Position numbers and translations under genes: made by a program. The notes under the pieces were generated by a model that worked only from the letters and a program-made list of their open reading frames with translations, was not told the origin of the DNA and made no database searches. Below, piece after piece: positions 1 through 10,733 of a DNA stretch of 64,000 nucleotides (its first letter is position 1; the number at the start of each line of letters is the position of its first letter). This stretch comes from an uncultured delta proteobacterium (lineage in GTDB: Bacteria > Desulfobacterota > Binatia > Binatales > Binataceae): NCBI GenBank assembly GCA_963842085.1, contig CAWJET010000001.1, positions 1,856,001 through 1,920,000 of the forward strand, in the 5' to 3' direction.

Positions 1-223
1 ACACGCCAAGCCCCATCGCGGATGCGCTCACCTCAAAGCGATCGTGGCCGGTCACTCCGTTGGCCAGCAGCATCAGCCACAGTGCCAACAACGCGTCGGG
101 CAGCGCCGCGAGCAGCGACAGCCCGAACGCGACCGTCAGCAGGCGAGGCTCCGCTTGATAGCCGCGCTTGAGCGCGCGCCACATCGCGGGAATCGCGGCC
201 GGCAAATCGTCACGCGGGCTCAT
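1..223 (-). CDS. ABC transporter permease/ATP-binding protein, N-terminal part (truncated by window edge)
   Basis: ATG at 223 overlaps the end of the upstream ABC gene; reads MSPRDDLPAAIPAMWRALKRGYQAEPRLLTVAFGLSLLAALPDALLALWL, a typical start for the second subunit of a heterodimeric exporter. Confidence 0.75.
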   Translation of the reverse strand, partial: MSPRDDLPAAIPAMWRALKRGYQAEPRLLTVAFGLSLLAALPDALLALWLMLLANGVTGHDRFEVSASAMGLGV

Positions 224-2030
224 CGAGCGCCACTCCTTCTTCGGTGCCGGCCCCGGTTTCGCCGAAGCGCGACGCCTGCAGCTCGAACATCGTGCGGTAG
301 CGTCCGCCCGCTGCCATCAGTTCATCATGCGTGCCGAGTTCAACCACGCGCCCGTGTTCGAGGACGCAAATGCGATCGGCGTGACGCACGGTCGAGAATC
401 GGTGCGATATCAGGATGGTGGTGGCGTGATGGGTCGCGGTAAGGATGCGATCGAAGATTTCGCTCTCGCCGCGCACGTCGAGTTGCGCGGTTGGCTCGTC
501 GAGCAGCACGACCCCGGCGCCGAGCTTGACCGCGCACAGTGCGCGCGCGAGGGCAATCCGCTGCCACTGACCGCCGGAGAGATCGGTGCCGCCCTGGTAT
601 CCGCGGGCGAGCACGGTGTCGAGTGACGCGAGATGCGCCGCGCCTGCTTCCGCGAGCGCCTGCTCGATCGCCTCGTCGGGCGCGCCGGCAGGCGAAACAT
701 TGTCGCGCAGCGGCAGCTCGAAGCGGGTGAAATCCTGGAATACAGCCGCGACGCGCGCGCGCCACGCCTCAAGATCGAGTTCCCGCAGATCGACGCCATC
801 GATCTCGATCGCTCCTTGGTCCGGGTCATAGAGACGGCACAGCAGCTTTGCCAGCGTGGTCTTGCCCGCGCCATTCTGGCCCACGATTGCGAGCGACGAG
901 CCCGCCGGAATTGTCAGGTCGAAGCCGGCCAGCACCCGGTCTCCCGTCGTGGGATATGCGAAACTGACGTTTCGGAACCGAATCTCGCGCGCCGGCATGC
1001 TCTGCGCCGCATGCGCTCCCCGCACAAGATTCCCGGCCGGAGCCATCGCATCTTGCAGTCGAAGCACAGCGCCAGCCGGCGCCGCCGCACCATCCAGTGC
1101 CCACGACAATCCGCCGAAAGCAATCATGCTTGTGCTGACCGCCGCGCTGGCGAAGGTAACGACGTGGCCTACCAGGACGCGTCCGGCGGCGGCGTCTGTT
1201 GCCAGCGCCCAGAACACAACCAGGTTGGCGGACAACACCAACAGCAGGCTCCATAGGACAGGCCGCTCGCGCAGCCGCGTCGCTTCCCAGCGGAGATCGA
1301 ACAGGTGCCGCCTGCGCGAGGTGAAGCGCTCGATCGTCCATGACGCAAGTCCGAACAGCCGCAGCTCTTTGGCCGCAGGCGGATCGACGGCAAGCCGATA
1401 AGCATAGTCGGCGTGGCGCTGCGCCTCGCGCACCTCCGTCGTATTGCGATCGCGCCAGACGCCGCTCTCTCGCAGCAGCCAATGCGTCGCGAGCCATGCC
1501 CCGGCGAGCAGCAGCGGCGCCCACCACGCGTAGGCTGCCAGTACCGCAGCGGACAGCAATCCTCCGACCATCTCGACCAGCCCCGACGCGATAAAGTCCA
1601 TCGAGATGCTCATCGGCGGTCCGCTGATTCCCAGGTCGAAATCGCGCGCCATCGCAAGGTCGGTGGTAAGGCGCGGGTCTTCGAGATGTCCCATGCCGGG
1701 CGGGCTGACGCAGGCGATTGTCAACTGGTCGTAGAGCCAGGCCGCGGTCCGGCTGCCGAGATTCGCACCGACGGCATGATGGAACGGCGGCGTTATCTGA
1801 AGCAGGACGAACACCGTGCCGACGGCGATTAGCGGCGTGGCGAGTGGATTGCCGCGCTGCACGGCGCCGACGAGCACGCCCATCGCAATCGCGAACAGGG
1901 CCGGCAGCAGTCCGCGCAATCCGAGCGCCGCCCACCAGGCGACCGCGAGCGCGCGATCGGCTTTCAGCAAAACGCCGAAGAACTTCCATTCATCACGCGC
2001 CTTTAGACGATCGAGCATCGGCACCGTCAT
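210..2030 (-). CDS. ABC exporter, fused TMD + NBD
   Basis: Hydrophobic N-terminal half; Walker A GQNGAGKTT, signature LSGGQWQR, Walker B LLDEPT. Confidence 0.95.
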   Translation of the reverse strand: MTVPMLDRLKARDEWKFFGVLLKADRALAVAWWAALGLRGLLPALFAIAMGVLVGAVQRGNPLATPLIAVGTVFVLLQITPPFHHAVGANLGSRTAAWLYDQLTIACVSPPGMGHLEDPRLTTDLAMARDFDLGISGPPMSISMDFIASGLVEMVGGLLSAAVLAAYAWWAPLLLAGAWLATHWLLRESGVWRDRNTTEVREAQRHADYAYRLAVDPPAAKELRLFGLASWTIERFTSRRRHLFDLRWEATRLRERPVLWSLLLVLSANLVVFWALATDAAAGRVLVGHVVTFASAAVSTSMIAFGGLSWALDGAAAPAGAVLRLQDAMAPAGNLVRGAHAAQSMPAREIRFRNVSFAYPTTGDRVLAGFDLTIPAGSSLAIVGQNGAGKTTLAKLLCRLYDPDQGAIEIDGVDLRELDLEAWRARVAAVFQDFTRFELPLRDNVSPAGAPDEAIEQALAEAGAAHLASLDTVLARGYQGGTDLSGGQWQRIALARALCAVKLGAGVVLLDEPTAQLDVRGESEIFDRILTATHHATTILISHRFSTVRHADRICVLEHGRVVELGTHDELMAAGGRYRTMFELQASRFGETGAGTEEGVALDEPA

Positions 2031-2332
2031 TATGATCGCATAACCGTCGAGGCGTCGCTTGGGTTACGCAGCCGCGCGCGATGGCATCATTGCCACCGCC
2101 TGAACGCCGTCTTCAGCGAGAGCGGCCGCACCGCGGAGTTCTTCCTGGCTGAGGCGCTCGACCGCGCGAGCTTGAGCACCGCGCATCGGGCGATTTCCTC
2201 CCCACTCGACGCGCCAGGCATTCTCGTCAATCCAGAGCCAGCAGCTTCGTCACCGGCGCCAATATTCGAATTGAGGCGACTTTCTCAGTCAGCCGATCTG
2301 ACTATTTCAGGAATCCAACTTTCTGCCGTGTG

Positions 2333-3805
2333 TTACCCTTCACGCGTCGATGACGAGGAAAGCGGGGCGGCGATCTGTTCCAGGCTCTTGCGCTCCGCGC
2401 TCACGCCCAGGAGTAACTCGACGATGGCAGCCGCAAGCATCAGCGCGACGGCTGTCATGTAGCCGCCAAACAGGGCCTGGCGCGATCCGGTGTCGATAAG
2501 CATTCCGAAAAACCACGGCGCCACGATTCCGCCAACCGCAGTTCCGGCGGAGTAAAACACCGCGATAGCGAGCGCCCGAATTTCCAGCGGGAAAATCTCG
2601 CTTACCGTGAGATATGCCGCACTCGCAGCGGGAGACGCGAAGAAGAAAAGCAGCGTCCAAAGGCTGGCCTGGGCGAAGGCCGATAGCATCCCGTGCGCAA
2701 ACATCCATCCGGTGAGCGCGAGCACCACGGCCGAGGCGGCATAGGTGCCCGCGATCATCTGACGGCGACCAATGGTGTCGAAGAATCGCCCGAGCAACAA
2801 CGGACCCATGAAGTTGCTTATCGCGAAGGGCAGCATGTACAGCCCGGTGTCGTCGGGACGGACTGAATAGTATCGAGTCAGCACCAGCGCGTAAGTGAAA
2901 AAAATCGCGTTGTACACGAAGGCCTGCGCCGTCATCAGCACGAACCCGACAATCGAGCGGCTAAGGTAACGCCGAAAAATCGCTTCGAAGATCACGTCGA
3001 GGCCGAAACGCTGGCGTTGCGTGATGCGCAGCATCAGGTCGCTGGACGGCGGCGGCAATCTGACTGTCCCGTTCGCGGACGCGGTTTGCTCGATGTCGCG
3101 CACCACGCTCTCCGCCTCTGCCATCCGGCCATGGGTCAGAAGCCATCGCGGGCTCTCGGGCACGAATCTCCTGAGGTACAGAATCGCGGCTCCTATGAGC
3201 GGGCCGATCGCAAAGCCTATACGCCATCCCACGTTTATCGGTAGGAGTGCGGGATTGAGCGTGACCAGCGTAGACACGGAGCCAAGCGCCGCGCCGACCC
3301 AGAAGCTGCCGTTGATCGCGAGATCGATCCTGCCACGGAACTCTGCCGGGATGAGCTCATCGATCGCGGAATTGACCGCCGAGTATTCGCCGCCGATTCC
3401 CGCCCCCGTGATGAAGCGAAAAACCGCGAAGCTCAACAGGTTCCAAGAGCATGCCGTCAACCCAACGCCGGCAAGGTAGAGCGCCAGCGTAATGAAGAAA
3501 AAGGTGCGCCGGCCGAACAAGTCCGTAAGATGCCCGAACACCAGGGCGCCGATCACCGCGCCCGTGAGATAGCAGGAACTGAGAAATCCGATCTGCGCCG
3601 CGCTGAAATTGAGGGTCTGCGGATGCTGCAGAACCGCGGCGACCGCTCCCATCAGGGTTACTTCCAACCCGTCGAGCGTCCACGTGATACCGAGCGCAAC
3701 TACCAGCAGCCAATGAAATCGGCACCACGGCATCCGGTCCAGGCGCGCCGGTATCAGCGTCTCGATCTCGTCGCCATGCTCGTGCACCGCAATCGGCATC
3801 GCCAT
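2333..3805 (-). CDS. MFS transporter (sugar-porter-like)
   Basis: ARLDRMPW N-terminal motif, DLFGRR and DTIGRR loops, GIGGEY, PESPRWL; start trimmed to MAMPIAV. Confidence 0.9.
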   Translation of the reverse strand: MAMPIAVHEHGDEIETLIPARLDRMPWCRFHWLLVVALGITWTLDGLEVTLMGAVAAVLQHPQTLNFSAAQIGFLSSCYLTGAVIGALVFGHLTDLFGRRTFFFITLALYLAGVGLTACSWNLLSFAVFRFITGAGIGGEYSAVNSAIDELIPAEFRGRIDLAINGSFWVGAALGSVSTLVTLNPALLPINVGWRIGFAIGPLIGAAILYLRRFVPESPRWLLTHGRMAEAESVVRDIEQTASANGTVRLPPPSSDLMLRITQRQRFGLDVIFEAIFRRYLSRSIVGFVLMTAQAFVYNAIFFTYALVLTRYYSVRPDDTGLYMLPFAISNFMGPLLLGRFFDTIGRRQMIAGTYAASAVVLALTGWMFAHGMLSAFAQASLWTLLFFFASPAASAAYLTVSEIFPLEIRALAIAVFYSAGTAVGGIVAPWFFGMLIDTGSRQALFGGYMTAVALMLAAAIVELLLGVSAERKSLEQIAAPLSSSSTREG

Positions 3806-3861
3806 GACCGGTGACTTTGGTGGTCGTCCAGAACCACGCTCGAAATCAGACTGAAAGAAAT

Positions 3862-4662
3862 CTAGCCGCTTTCGACCGAGGATCGCTCCTCGCACGCCGC
3901 GGCGAGTGCACGGAGCTCGCGGGCCACCGCTCGCGGACTCGCGACGCGGTAGCGCGCGAAACTCTCGCGTGCCGGTCCGACCAGGATGCCGAGGTCGTCC
4001 TGGTCGAGCGCGGCGAAGGCTGATTCGTCGGTAGTATCGTCGCCAAAATAGACCGTGACGAAAGAGCGCGGCGCGTGTTGCTTGATGCGTTTGACGGCCA
4101 GGTCCTTGCCTCCGGCCCGAGGGATCGCCTCGAGCATCATCTTGAGCGGCAGCAACTTCAGCGACGGTGCGTCCCGAGCCACGAAGTCGGCGAATCGCGC
4201 GCATAGCCGCGAAGATTGGCCGGGATCGGCATTGCGATAGTGCAATCCCACGGCGACGGTTTTGTCTTCGATCCAAAAACCGCGCTGTGGCGGCACGTGC
4301 TTTCCAAGCCATCGCCGGACCCGGGCAAGCTCGGGCGCGCACGCGAGCGCAGCCTCGATGAATTTGATCTCGCCGTCACGATCGGTGAACTCCATTCCGT
4401 GAACACCTGAGAAATGCGCGCGCGAACGCAGCGGAAGCAGCCGTTTGACCTCGGCAATCGGCCGGCCGGTGACGATGGTCACCATTGCGCGAGAGTCGCC
4501 GCCGGCGATTTGATCGATTAGGCGCGCAACTCCGGGAATGGGCATTGCCTGCGACGGATCGCTGACGATGTCCGCGAGGGTGCCGTCGTAGTCGAGCAGC
4601 AGATTCAGGCCGCGGGCTGCGGCCAGCCGGGCGAGCAGTCGAGGTGGCAGCGGCTGCGGCAT
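3862..4662 (-). CDS. otsB: Trehalose-6-phosphate phosphatase
   Basis: HAD motifs LLLDYDGTL, VTGR, GVHG, YFGDDTTDESAF; directly downstream of otsA. Confidence 0.92.
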   Translation of the reverse strand: MPQPLPPRLLARLAAARGLNLLLDYDGTLADIVSDPSQAMPIPGVARLIDQIAGGDSRAMVTIVTGRPIAEVKRLLPLRSRAHFSGVHGMEFTDRDGEIKFIEAALACAPELARVRRWLGKHVPPQRGFWIEDKTVAVGLHYRNADPGQSSRLCARFADFVARDAPSLKLLPLKMMLEAIPRAGGKDLAVKRIKQHAPRSFVTVYFGDDTTDESAFAALDQDDLGILVGPARESFARYRVASPRAVARELRALAAACEERSSVESG

Positions 4663-4663
4663 C

Positions 4664-6157
4664 CTAGTTCGCGGAGAGACTTTCATCGATTCGAAGCTTG
4701 CGCCCACGGAATAACGTACCAAGAAAGTTCTGCGACCAGGACTCCAGGTCGTTTTCCTCGACCTGCTTGCGCAACTCGGTCAAACGCGCGTGCCGCTCTT
4801 CCATCGGCATCTCGACCGCCTGGTGCAAACGCTCGGCGATCTGATCGATGTCGTAGGGATTGACTTCCAGGGCCGCTTTCAGTTCGTTTGCTGCTCCGGC
4901 GAACTCGCTCAGTATCAGAACGCAACTATCGCCCTGGTGCGAGACAACGTATTCCTTCGCCACCAGGTTCATGCCATCGCGCAAAGGAGTCACCAGCGCG
5001 ATGTCGGCGGCTTGATAGTAGGCCACCAGTTCGTCAACCGGGAATTGATTGTATATGTACCGAACCGGCACCCATCCTCCCGACGAGAATCTACCAACCA
5101 GGTGACCTACCAACTCGTCGACGTGCCGCCTTAACGCGGTATACTCGGCAACGCGAGTGCGGGACGGAACGGCAATCAGCACCAGCGATACGCGCTTGCG
5201 GTATTGCGGATAAAGTTCCAGAAACCGTTCAAACCCCAGCAGACGCTCAACGATGCCCTTGGTGTAGTCCAGGCGATCGACGCCAAGCACTACTACAGGC
5301 GTGTGCAACGCCTTTCGGATTCGTCGTGCGCGCGCGCGGACCAGCGCGCTGGTCGAGAGGCCGCGAAAATAATCGACCGCAATCCCCAGCGGGAATGCTC
5401 CGACTCGCGTGGAACGTGAACCGTGAAAGACCACCCCGCGCGCGCGGTCTACTTTGAGTCCTAGAATCCTCTCGCAGCAGTCGAGAAAATGCTTGACATA
5501 GATAGGAGTGTGAAATCCGATCAAATCGCTTCCCAGCATCCCGGTTAGAAACTCCGATCGCCATGGAAACACGCGAAACACCTGTTCGGGCGGCCACGGC
5601 ACATGCCAGAAGAGTCCTATGGGAACTTTCATAGTGCTCTCGCGCAATAATCCGGGTACCAGTGCCAGGTGAAAGTCCTGGACCCAGACGCAGTCATATG
5701 GTGCGCTCTCGGCCTCGGCGGCTCGCGCGAAGATGTGGTTGACGCGGCGGTAAGACTCCCATTGCCCGGCATCGAAGCGGCAATTCAGAGTCATAAAGTG
5801 CATCAGCGGCCACAGCGCGCGATTACACGCGCCGTAATAGAACTCCGAGATGTCGCGTTCGCTCAGCGTCACAAAGGACAGCGTAAAACGTGGATTACCC
5901 GGCGGCATCTCAATCCGCTTCGGGCTGTTCCTTCCCTCAAACCACGCGAGCCACACCCCGCCGTGCTTGTCCAGCAGCCTTAGAAACGTGGAGCCTACGC
6001 CGCCGACCGTCGGTTCGATCTGTCTGCGCCCCCGTGCGCGGACCAAACGCACCGGCGCGCGATTTGACATCACGAGTAAGCGGGGCGCGTCGCGCGTGGG
6101 CTGCGCGGCAATGCGCTCGCTGGTCGAGGCGTCCGAGGTACTGCTGGAAATGCTCAT
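4664..6157 (-). CDS. otsA: Trehalose-6-phosphate synthase (GT20)
   Basis: [47 protein letters not shown]. Confidence 0.96.
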   Translation of the reverse strand: MSISSSTSDASTSERIAAQPTRDAPRLLVMSNRAPVRLVRARGRRQIEPTVGGVGSTFLRLLDKHGGVWLAWFEGRNSPKRIEMPPGNPRFTLSFVTLSERDISEFYYGACNRALWPLMHFMTLNCRFDAGQWESYRRVNHIFARAAEAESAPYDCVWVQDFHLALVPGLLRESTMKVPIGLFWHVPWPPEQVFRVFPWRSEFLTGMLGSDLIGFHTPIYVKHFLDCCERILGLKVDRARGVVFHGSRSTRVGAFPLGIAVDYFRGLSTSALVRARARRIRKALHTPVVVLGVDRLDYTKGIVERLLGFERFLELYPQYRKRVSLVLIAVPSRTRVAEYTALRRHVDELVGHLVGRFSSGGWVPVRYIYNQFPVDELVAYYQAADIALVTPLRDGMNLVAKEYVVSHQGDSCVLILSEFAGAANELKAALEVNPYDIDQIAERLHQAVEMPMEERHARLTELRKQVEENDLESWSQNFLGTLFRGRKLRIDESLSAN

Positions 6158-6285
6158 CGTCCGTTCAAAAGTCCGCAGCCCGCCTTGCGCGGAGTTGAAT
6201 CAAAAGTTGAGCTGGATGAATATCTTGATAGTAGCTCACGTCGTCTTTGATCGGCAACCCATTCCGCCCGGCTCTGGATGTGACG

Positions 6286-6945
6286 ATGCCTGAGATTGCC
6301 CGAGAACCGTTCGAGTTTGAATCGCGCCTCAACCTGACCCTGCTCACCGGGTTGAGGGCGCGTGACCTCGCGCAGTTGCTCGAGAACTTGCGCACGGTGC
6401 CGGGTGCAGTGATTTACTTTCACACGCACCATTTTCTCGTTCAGCATCAGTTCCTTTCGCCCGAACCGCCGAACGACTTCGCCTATTGGGTGTCGAACGT
6501 TCTGCTGGAAGAGAGGCTGGGCGAAGAACTGGCCGCGATCGACATTCTGCGTTTTCGTACAATCCACGACCTGCGCCAGGATCTGATCCGGGTGATCGAG
6601 AATTACCTGGAGCGCGGCGCGGAGATCCGCGTCGCGCCGCCCGGGATGGAGTTTCATTTCGAGCGCTCGGTGTCATTCGTGCTTAAAACTGGCGTGGTCG
6701 CTCACAATTTGCGCGAGTTCCGCGATGCGCTCGAGCACATCTCGCTGAGCTCGATTTCATTTCATATGTTCGACGCCCGCCTGCGCCTGGAACGGGGCAA
6801 CAACGACTTCTCGATCTGGCTCGACAGGGTAATGGGTGAAAAACAATTGGCGAAGGATTTGCAAGTGCTCGATCCGTACACTCACACCGAAGACGGTTTG
6901 CGGCGCGCGATAGCCGCATTGGTCGACAAAGCATTGCGGAGGTAG
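6286..6945 (+). CDS. Conserved hypothetical protein, DUF5752-like, internally duplicated
   Basis: Two repeats (TG...YFH...NDFAYW and TG...SFH...NDFSIW); stop codon 2 nt before the treT start. Confidence 0.75.
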   Translation: MPEIAREPFEFESRLNLTLLTGLRARDLAQLLENLRTVPGAVIYFHTHHFLVQHQFLSPEPPNDFAYWVSNVLLEERLGEELAAIDILRFRTIHDLRQDLIRVIENYLERGAEIRVAPPGMEFHFERSVSFVLKTGVVAHNLREFRDALEHISLSSISFHMFDARLRLERGNNDFSIWLDRVMGEKQLAKDLQVLDPYTHTEDGLRRAIAALVDKALRR

Positions 6946-6947
6946 CC

Positions 6948-8174
6948 GTGCCGGCTGGGTTATCCGACTACGTTCCAATCGTGGGCGACGGCGTCGTGGC
7001 GGAACTGCGCCTGCTGGGCGAGCGCTTGGCGGGAAAACGCGTGCTGAATGTCAATTCCACCAAGGTCGGAGGCGGTGTCGCCGAGATTCTGCTGCGACTC
7101 ATACCGTTGCTGCAAGAACTTGCAATCGATGCGCAATGGGAGGTGATCAACGGAACCGAGGATTTTTTCCGTCTGACCAAGAACCTCCACAATGCGCTTC
7201 ATGGCGCGCCGATCAACTTCACTCCCGCCGATCGTCAGATTTTCAACGAGGTAACCGAGATGAACCTCGCTTCGCTCGACCTCGAGGCCGACGTCAAGTT
7301 CATCCACGATCCGCAACCCGTGGGGCTGATCAGAGCGCGCGACGGGCGCGACGGAAACTGGATGTGGCGATGTCATATCGACGTGTCGGCGCCGGCGCCG
7401 GGAGCCTGGGAATTTATCGCACCGTTGGTCGAGCGCTACGATCTATCGGTTTTCTCGGCGCCGCAGTTCGCGCGACCGATACAGATACCGCAGGTCCTGA
7501 TCGCGCCGTCGATCGACCCGCTTTCGGACAAGAATCGCGAGCTTTCGCAATCGGAAGTAGACGCGGTCCTGACGCGGTTCGGAATTCATAGCGACAAGCC
7601 GATTGTATCGCAGATTTCACGCTTCGATCGGTTGAAGGATCCGGTCGGCGTGATCAAGGCATGGCGGATGGTGCGAAGCCGCTTCGATTGCCAGTTGGTC
7701 CTCGCGGGCGGAGCTGCCACCGACGATCCCGAAGGAGTTGCAGTTCTCAACGAAGTGCGGGAGCAGGCCGACGACGATCCCGATGTATTCATTCTCGATC
7801 TTCCACCGACTTCGAACGTGGAGATCAACGCACTTCAACGTGCCTCGGCAGTCGTTCTGCAGAAGTCACTAAAGGAAGGCTTCGGCCTGACCGTTTCGGA
7901 GGCGTTATGGAAGGGACGGCCGGTCATCGCGAGTGCGGTCGGCGGCATACCGCTTCAGATAACTCATAAGTATTCAGGCATCCTGACTCATACGATCGAG
8001 GGCACTGCCTACTGGATCAAACAATTGCTGGGCGCACCGGACTTTGCGCTAAGGCTCGGCGAAAACGGGCACAATTACGTTCGTGAAAACTTCCTGCTAA
8101 CCCGCCATATGCGCGACTACCTGCTGTCGTTCCTGTTCATGGCCAACGGTGAGTCCGACGTAATTCACCTTTGA
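6948..8174 (+). CDS. treT: Trehalose synthase TreT-type GT4 glycosyltransferase
   Basis: VNSTKVGGGVAE, IHDPQP, WRCHID, PSIDPLS, SRFDRLKD, EGFGLTVSEALWK. Confidence 0.9.
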   Translation: MPAGLSDYVPIVGDGVVAELRLLGERLAGKRVLNVNSTKVGGGVAEILLRLIPLLQELAIDAQWEVINGTEDFFRLTKNLHNALHGAPINFTPADRQIFNEVTEMNLASLDLEADVKFIHDPQPVGLIRARDGRDGNWMWRCHIDVSAPAPGAWEFIAPLVERYDLSVFSAPQFARPIQIPQVLIAPSIDPLSDKNRELSQSEVDAVLTRFGIHSDKPIVSQISRFDRLKDPVGVIKAWRMVRSRFDCQLVLAGGAATDDPEGVAVLNEVREQADDDPDVFILDLPPTSNVEINALQRASAVVLQKSLKEGFGLTVSEALWKGRPVIASAVGGIPLQITHKYSGILTHTIEGTAYWIKQLLGAPDFALRLGENGHNYVRENFLLTRHMRDYLLSFLFMANGESDVIHL

Positions 8175-8248
8175 GGAGCTGGGTGCGTCGGTCAATAGAC
8201 CGCCGCATCGTTTGCGATATCCCCAGTTAATCGCTTTGCACAGCTCTC

Positions 8249-8896
8249 CTATAAGGCGATGTGACGAAAGGTCAGGTTCACCCGCGGACCGCATCGACGC
8301 GTCTCCTTCGCGATTCCGTGCTGCCAATAGCGCTGCGTTTCACCTTTCATCAGCAAAAGACTACCCGACGCAAGCCTCAGCCGGACCGGCTTCGCAAGCT
8401 TGTTTGCCTTGTGCTTCAAAACGAAGGTCCGCTCTTCACCTAGGCTCAGCGACGCGATGATGGGCCTTTCGCCCAGCTCCGGTTCATCGTCGCTATGAAA
8501 CCCCATGCTATCTCGATTATCACGGTAATAGTTCAGCAGTACGCTGTTGAAAGATGCCGCCGTCGCAGCCTCGACGTGTCTCCTTATCTCGAGCAAAAGA
8601 TCTGTCCAGGGCAGCGGGGTCAGTCTCAGGCCTGAATAGGTGTAGTAGCTGCCCAAATCTCCATACCAGGCGGCCAAGCGCGGCTGCTGAAACACTTTGC
8701 CCCAAACAAGAATCTTTTCCTGTCGCCAAGGCACGTCAGCGATCAGCGTACGCAAACCTTCATCGTGACCGCGCCCGAGTTCAAGGTCGCTCAAGTAGTA
8801 CACTTCCGCGTCTGCTATAGGAACCTTCTCAAAAAGATTGGTATTCTTAGTCACGATGCGTCGAGTCGCATGCCGCTCAGGCATGAGGGTTGCCAC
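8249..8896 (-). CDS. AlkB-family 2OG-Fe(II) dioxygenase (ALKBH2/3-like)
   Basis: PRL..WYGD, NYYRD..DSMGFHSDDE, WQHGI, RVNLTFR. Confidence 0.92.
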   Translation of the reverse strand: MATLMPERHATRRIVTKNTNLFEKVPIADAEVYYLSDLELGRGHDEGLRTLIADVPWRQEKILVWGKVFQQPRLAAWYGDLGSYYTYSGLRLTPLPWTDLLLEIRRHVEAATAASFNSVLLNYYRDNRDSMGFHSDDEPELGERPIIASLSLGEERTFVLKHKANKLAKPVRLRLASGSLLLMKGETQRYWQHGIAKETRRCGPRVNLTFRHIAL

Positions 8897-8913
8897 GATG
8901 AGATCGATCCCTG

Positions 8914-10104
8914 TCAGATGCCGATCGCATCGCGCAATGCCTTGGTCCAGCCGATCCAGCGGGGGTCGGGACCGCTAATGCCATCCCATACCATGTTGTT
9001 GCATACATAGGCCACTGCGGTGCCGGATTCCGGATGCGCGAACGCCATGCGGCCGCCCGCGCCTCCATGACCGAAAGAGCCCGCGCCCAGCATCGGCTCG
9101 ATCGCGCGCGGCAACTCGAAACCGAGGCCAAATCTTTGCGGTCCCGGCCCGGCCAGCGGCGTCAACGAAGCGGGCGCTCCAAGCCCCTCGTTCTGCGATT
9201 CGCGCGCACGCTCAATCGTCTCAGGCGTCAGTAGCCGGATGCCATCGATCTCGCCGATGCACGCGGCGTACATCTTTGCCAGCGCGCGCGCATTCGCGAT
9301 GCCGTTGCCGAACGGCAGCTCGGCGGCGTGAGCTTCGCGCGTGTTGATCAGATTGAGACCCTCGGCGATGGTTGTGGCCATGTTGAACGCGGCGCGCACC
9401 GGGCGTGAGTTCATATCGAGTCCCAGGCTGGAGAACAGCGCGCGGCATTGCTCCTCGCTTAGCTGCGCCGCCGGAACGATGTGCGGCGCGACGCGATACT
9501 CCTGTTCGGACGGGAGCCCAATCCACAGGTCGAGCTTGAGCGGACCGGCGACTTCCGCATCGACAAACTCGCCGACGGTCTTTCCGGAGACCGTTCGTAC
9601 GACCTCGCCGGCCAGGTAGCCAAAAGTCAAAGCGTGATAGAAGTAAGCCGAGCCCGGTTTCCACCATGGCTCCATGTTCGCGAGCGCCGCGGTGCAGCGT
9701 TTCCAGTCGAAGAGAGTGCGGCCGGATATTCCGGTTTCCTCGTCGAAGCCCATAAGGCCCGCTCGATGTGCCAGGATGTCGCGAATCGTGATTGCCGCCT
9801 TTCCTTTCGCCGCGAACTCCGGCCAATAGCGTGCAACGGGCGCGTCGTAGTCGATCAGCCCGCGCTCGGCCAGCAGGTGCACGCAAACGGCGGTGACCGC
9901 CTTGGTGCACGACATCAAGATCGTGATCGTATCCGCGGTATACGGACGGCGATTGAGCTTATCCATTCCCGCCCACAGATCGACAACTCTCCTGCCGTGC
10001 CGATACACGCATAACTGGGCGCCGCCTTCGTCGTGGGACTGGCCCTCGGCGAATGCGTCGCGCACGGCATCGAACCCCGGTTCCACCGTTCCTTCAACAG
10101 GCAT
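8914..10104 (-). CDS. Serine hydrolase (beta-lactamase/esterase family VIII)
   Basis: SCTK (SxxK), YHALTFG, FGHGGAGG; start trimmed to MPVEGTV. Confidence 0.92.
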   Translation of the reverse strand: MPVEGTVEPGFDAVRDAFAEGQSHDEGGAQLCVYRHGRRVVDLWAGMDKLNRRPYTADTITILMSCTKAVTAVCVHLLAERGLIDYDAPVARYWPEFAAKGKAAITIRDILAHRAGLMGFDEETGISGRTLFDWKRCTAALANMEPWWKPGSAYFYHALTFGYLAGEVVRTVSGKTVGEFVDAEVAGPLKLDLWIGLPSEQEYRVAPHIVPAAQLSEEQCRALFSSLGLDMNSRPVRAAFNMATTIAEGLNLINTREAHAAELPFGNGIANARALAKMYAACIGEIDGIRLLTPETIERARESQNEGLGAPASLTPLAGPGPQRFGLGFELPRAIEPMLGAGSFGHGGAGGRMAFAHPESGTAVAYVCNNMVWDGISGPDPRWIGWTKALRDAIGI

Positions 10105-10221
10105 ATTCGGCACCTCGCATTGATTCTTCTCCAGCCTATGCCAATTAGCCGGATCGCACAGAAAGGTGTAGCTGAATTTGCGAGCAAGTGTTAATTCGCT
10201 AGGCCAATGGCCCGGCGAAGT

Positions 10222-10663
10222 TGCGCGACCTCTTCCAAGGCGATTGGCGTTGGCGGGAACCTCAACTATCAGGTGGCGGGATTCAGCCGCTACTACGAGC
10301 TGAAGTTCAATCCGGATCCGATCTGCGATCTCATATACAACGGCGTCGCGGCAAGGATTCTCCACACAGGCTTCGTCAACGGAGTGCAGGGAGACACCAG
10401 CTACCGGTTCGATTCGCGTCACACGCTGCGCGGGATTCTACCTGAGTGGCGAGGCGATTGAGCTAGACGATCATGCGGAGACGTTTCCCGCGATGGACGG
10501 AGTGCAGACCGGCGCCACGCCGATCATCAATGTCTTCGATCACGCGTATCAGATTCGCAATGGCAGCGGGATTGGCGTGTTTTCGCCGTCGTATGGCGCG
10601 CGCCGCGCTTTGTACGCGGGAATAAAAATTCCGCTGGCGCCACTGGTCAAAGGATCGCCCTGA
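10222..10663 (+). pseudogene. TonB-dependent receptor remnant (5'-truncated, frameshifted, internally deleted)
   Basis: Barrel-strand-like segment YQVAGFSRYYELKFNPDP..DLIYNGVA..NGVQGDTSYRF..HTLR; frameshift near 10432 into GFYLSGE; then the C-terminal NVFDHAYQIRNGSGIGVFSPSYGARRALYAG. Confidence 0.7.
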
Positions 10664-10733
10664 CGTTTATGCACGTTGCCTCCGGTGAATACCATGGTGT
10701 ACAAATTCCTGGGGGATTCGGAGGAGTTCAAAT

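Noticed and set aside
2040-2330. Possible gene fragment (LNAVFSESGRTAEFFLAEAL) between the ABC and MFS genes
   Set aside because: No start/RBS or recognisable family; cannot be supported
3806-4342. N-terminal extension of the 669-aa MFS ORF
   Set aside because: An off-frame shadow of otsB; MFS homology begins near 3805
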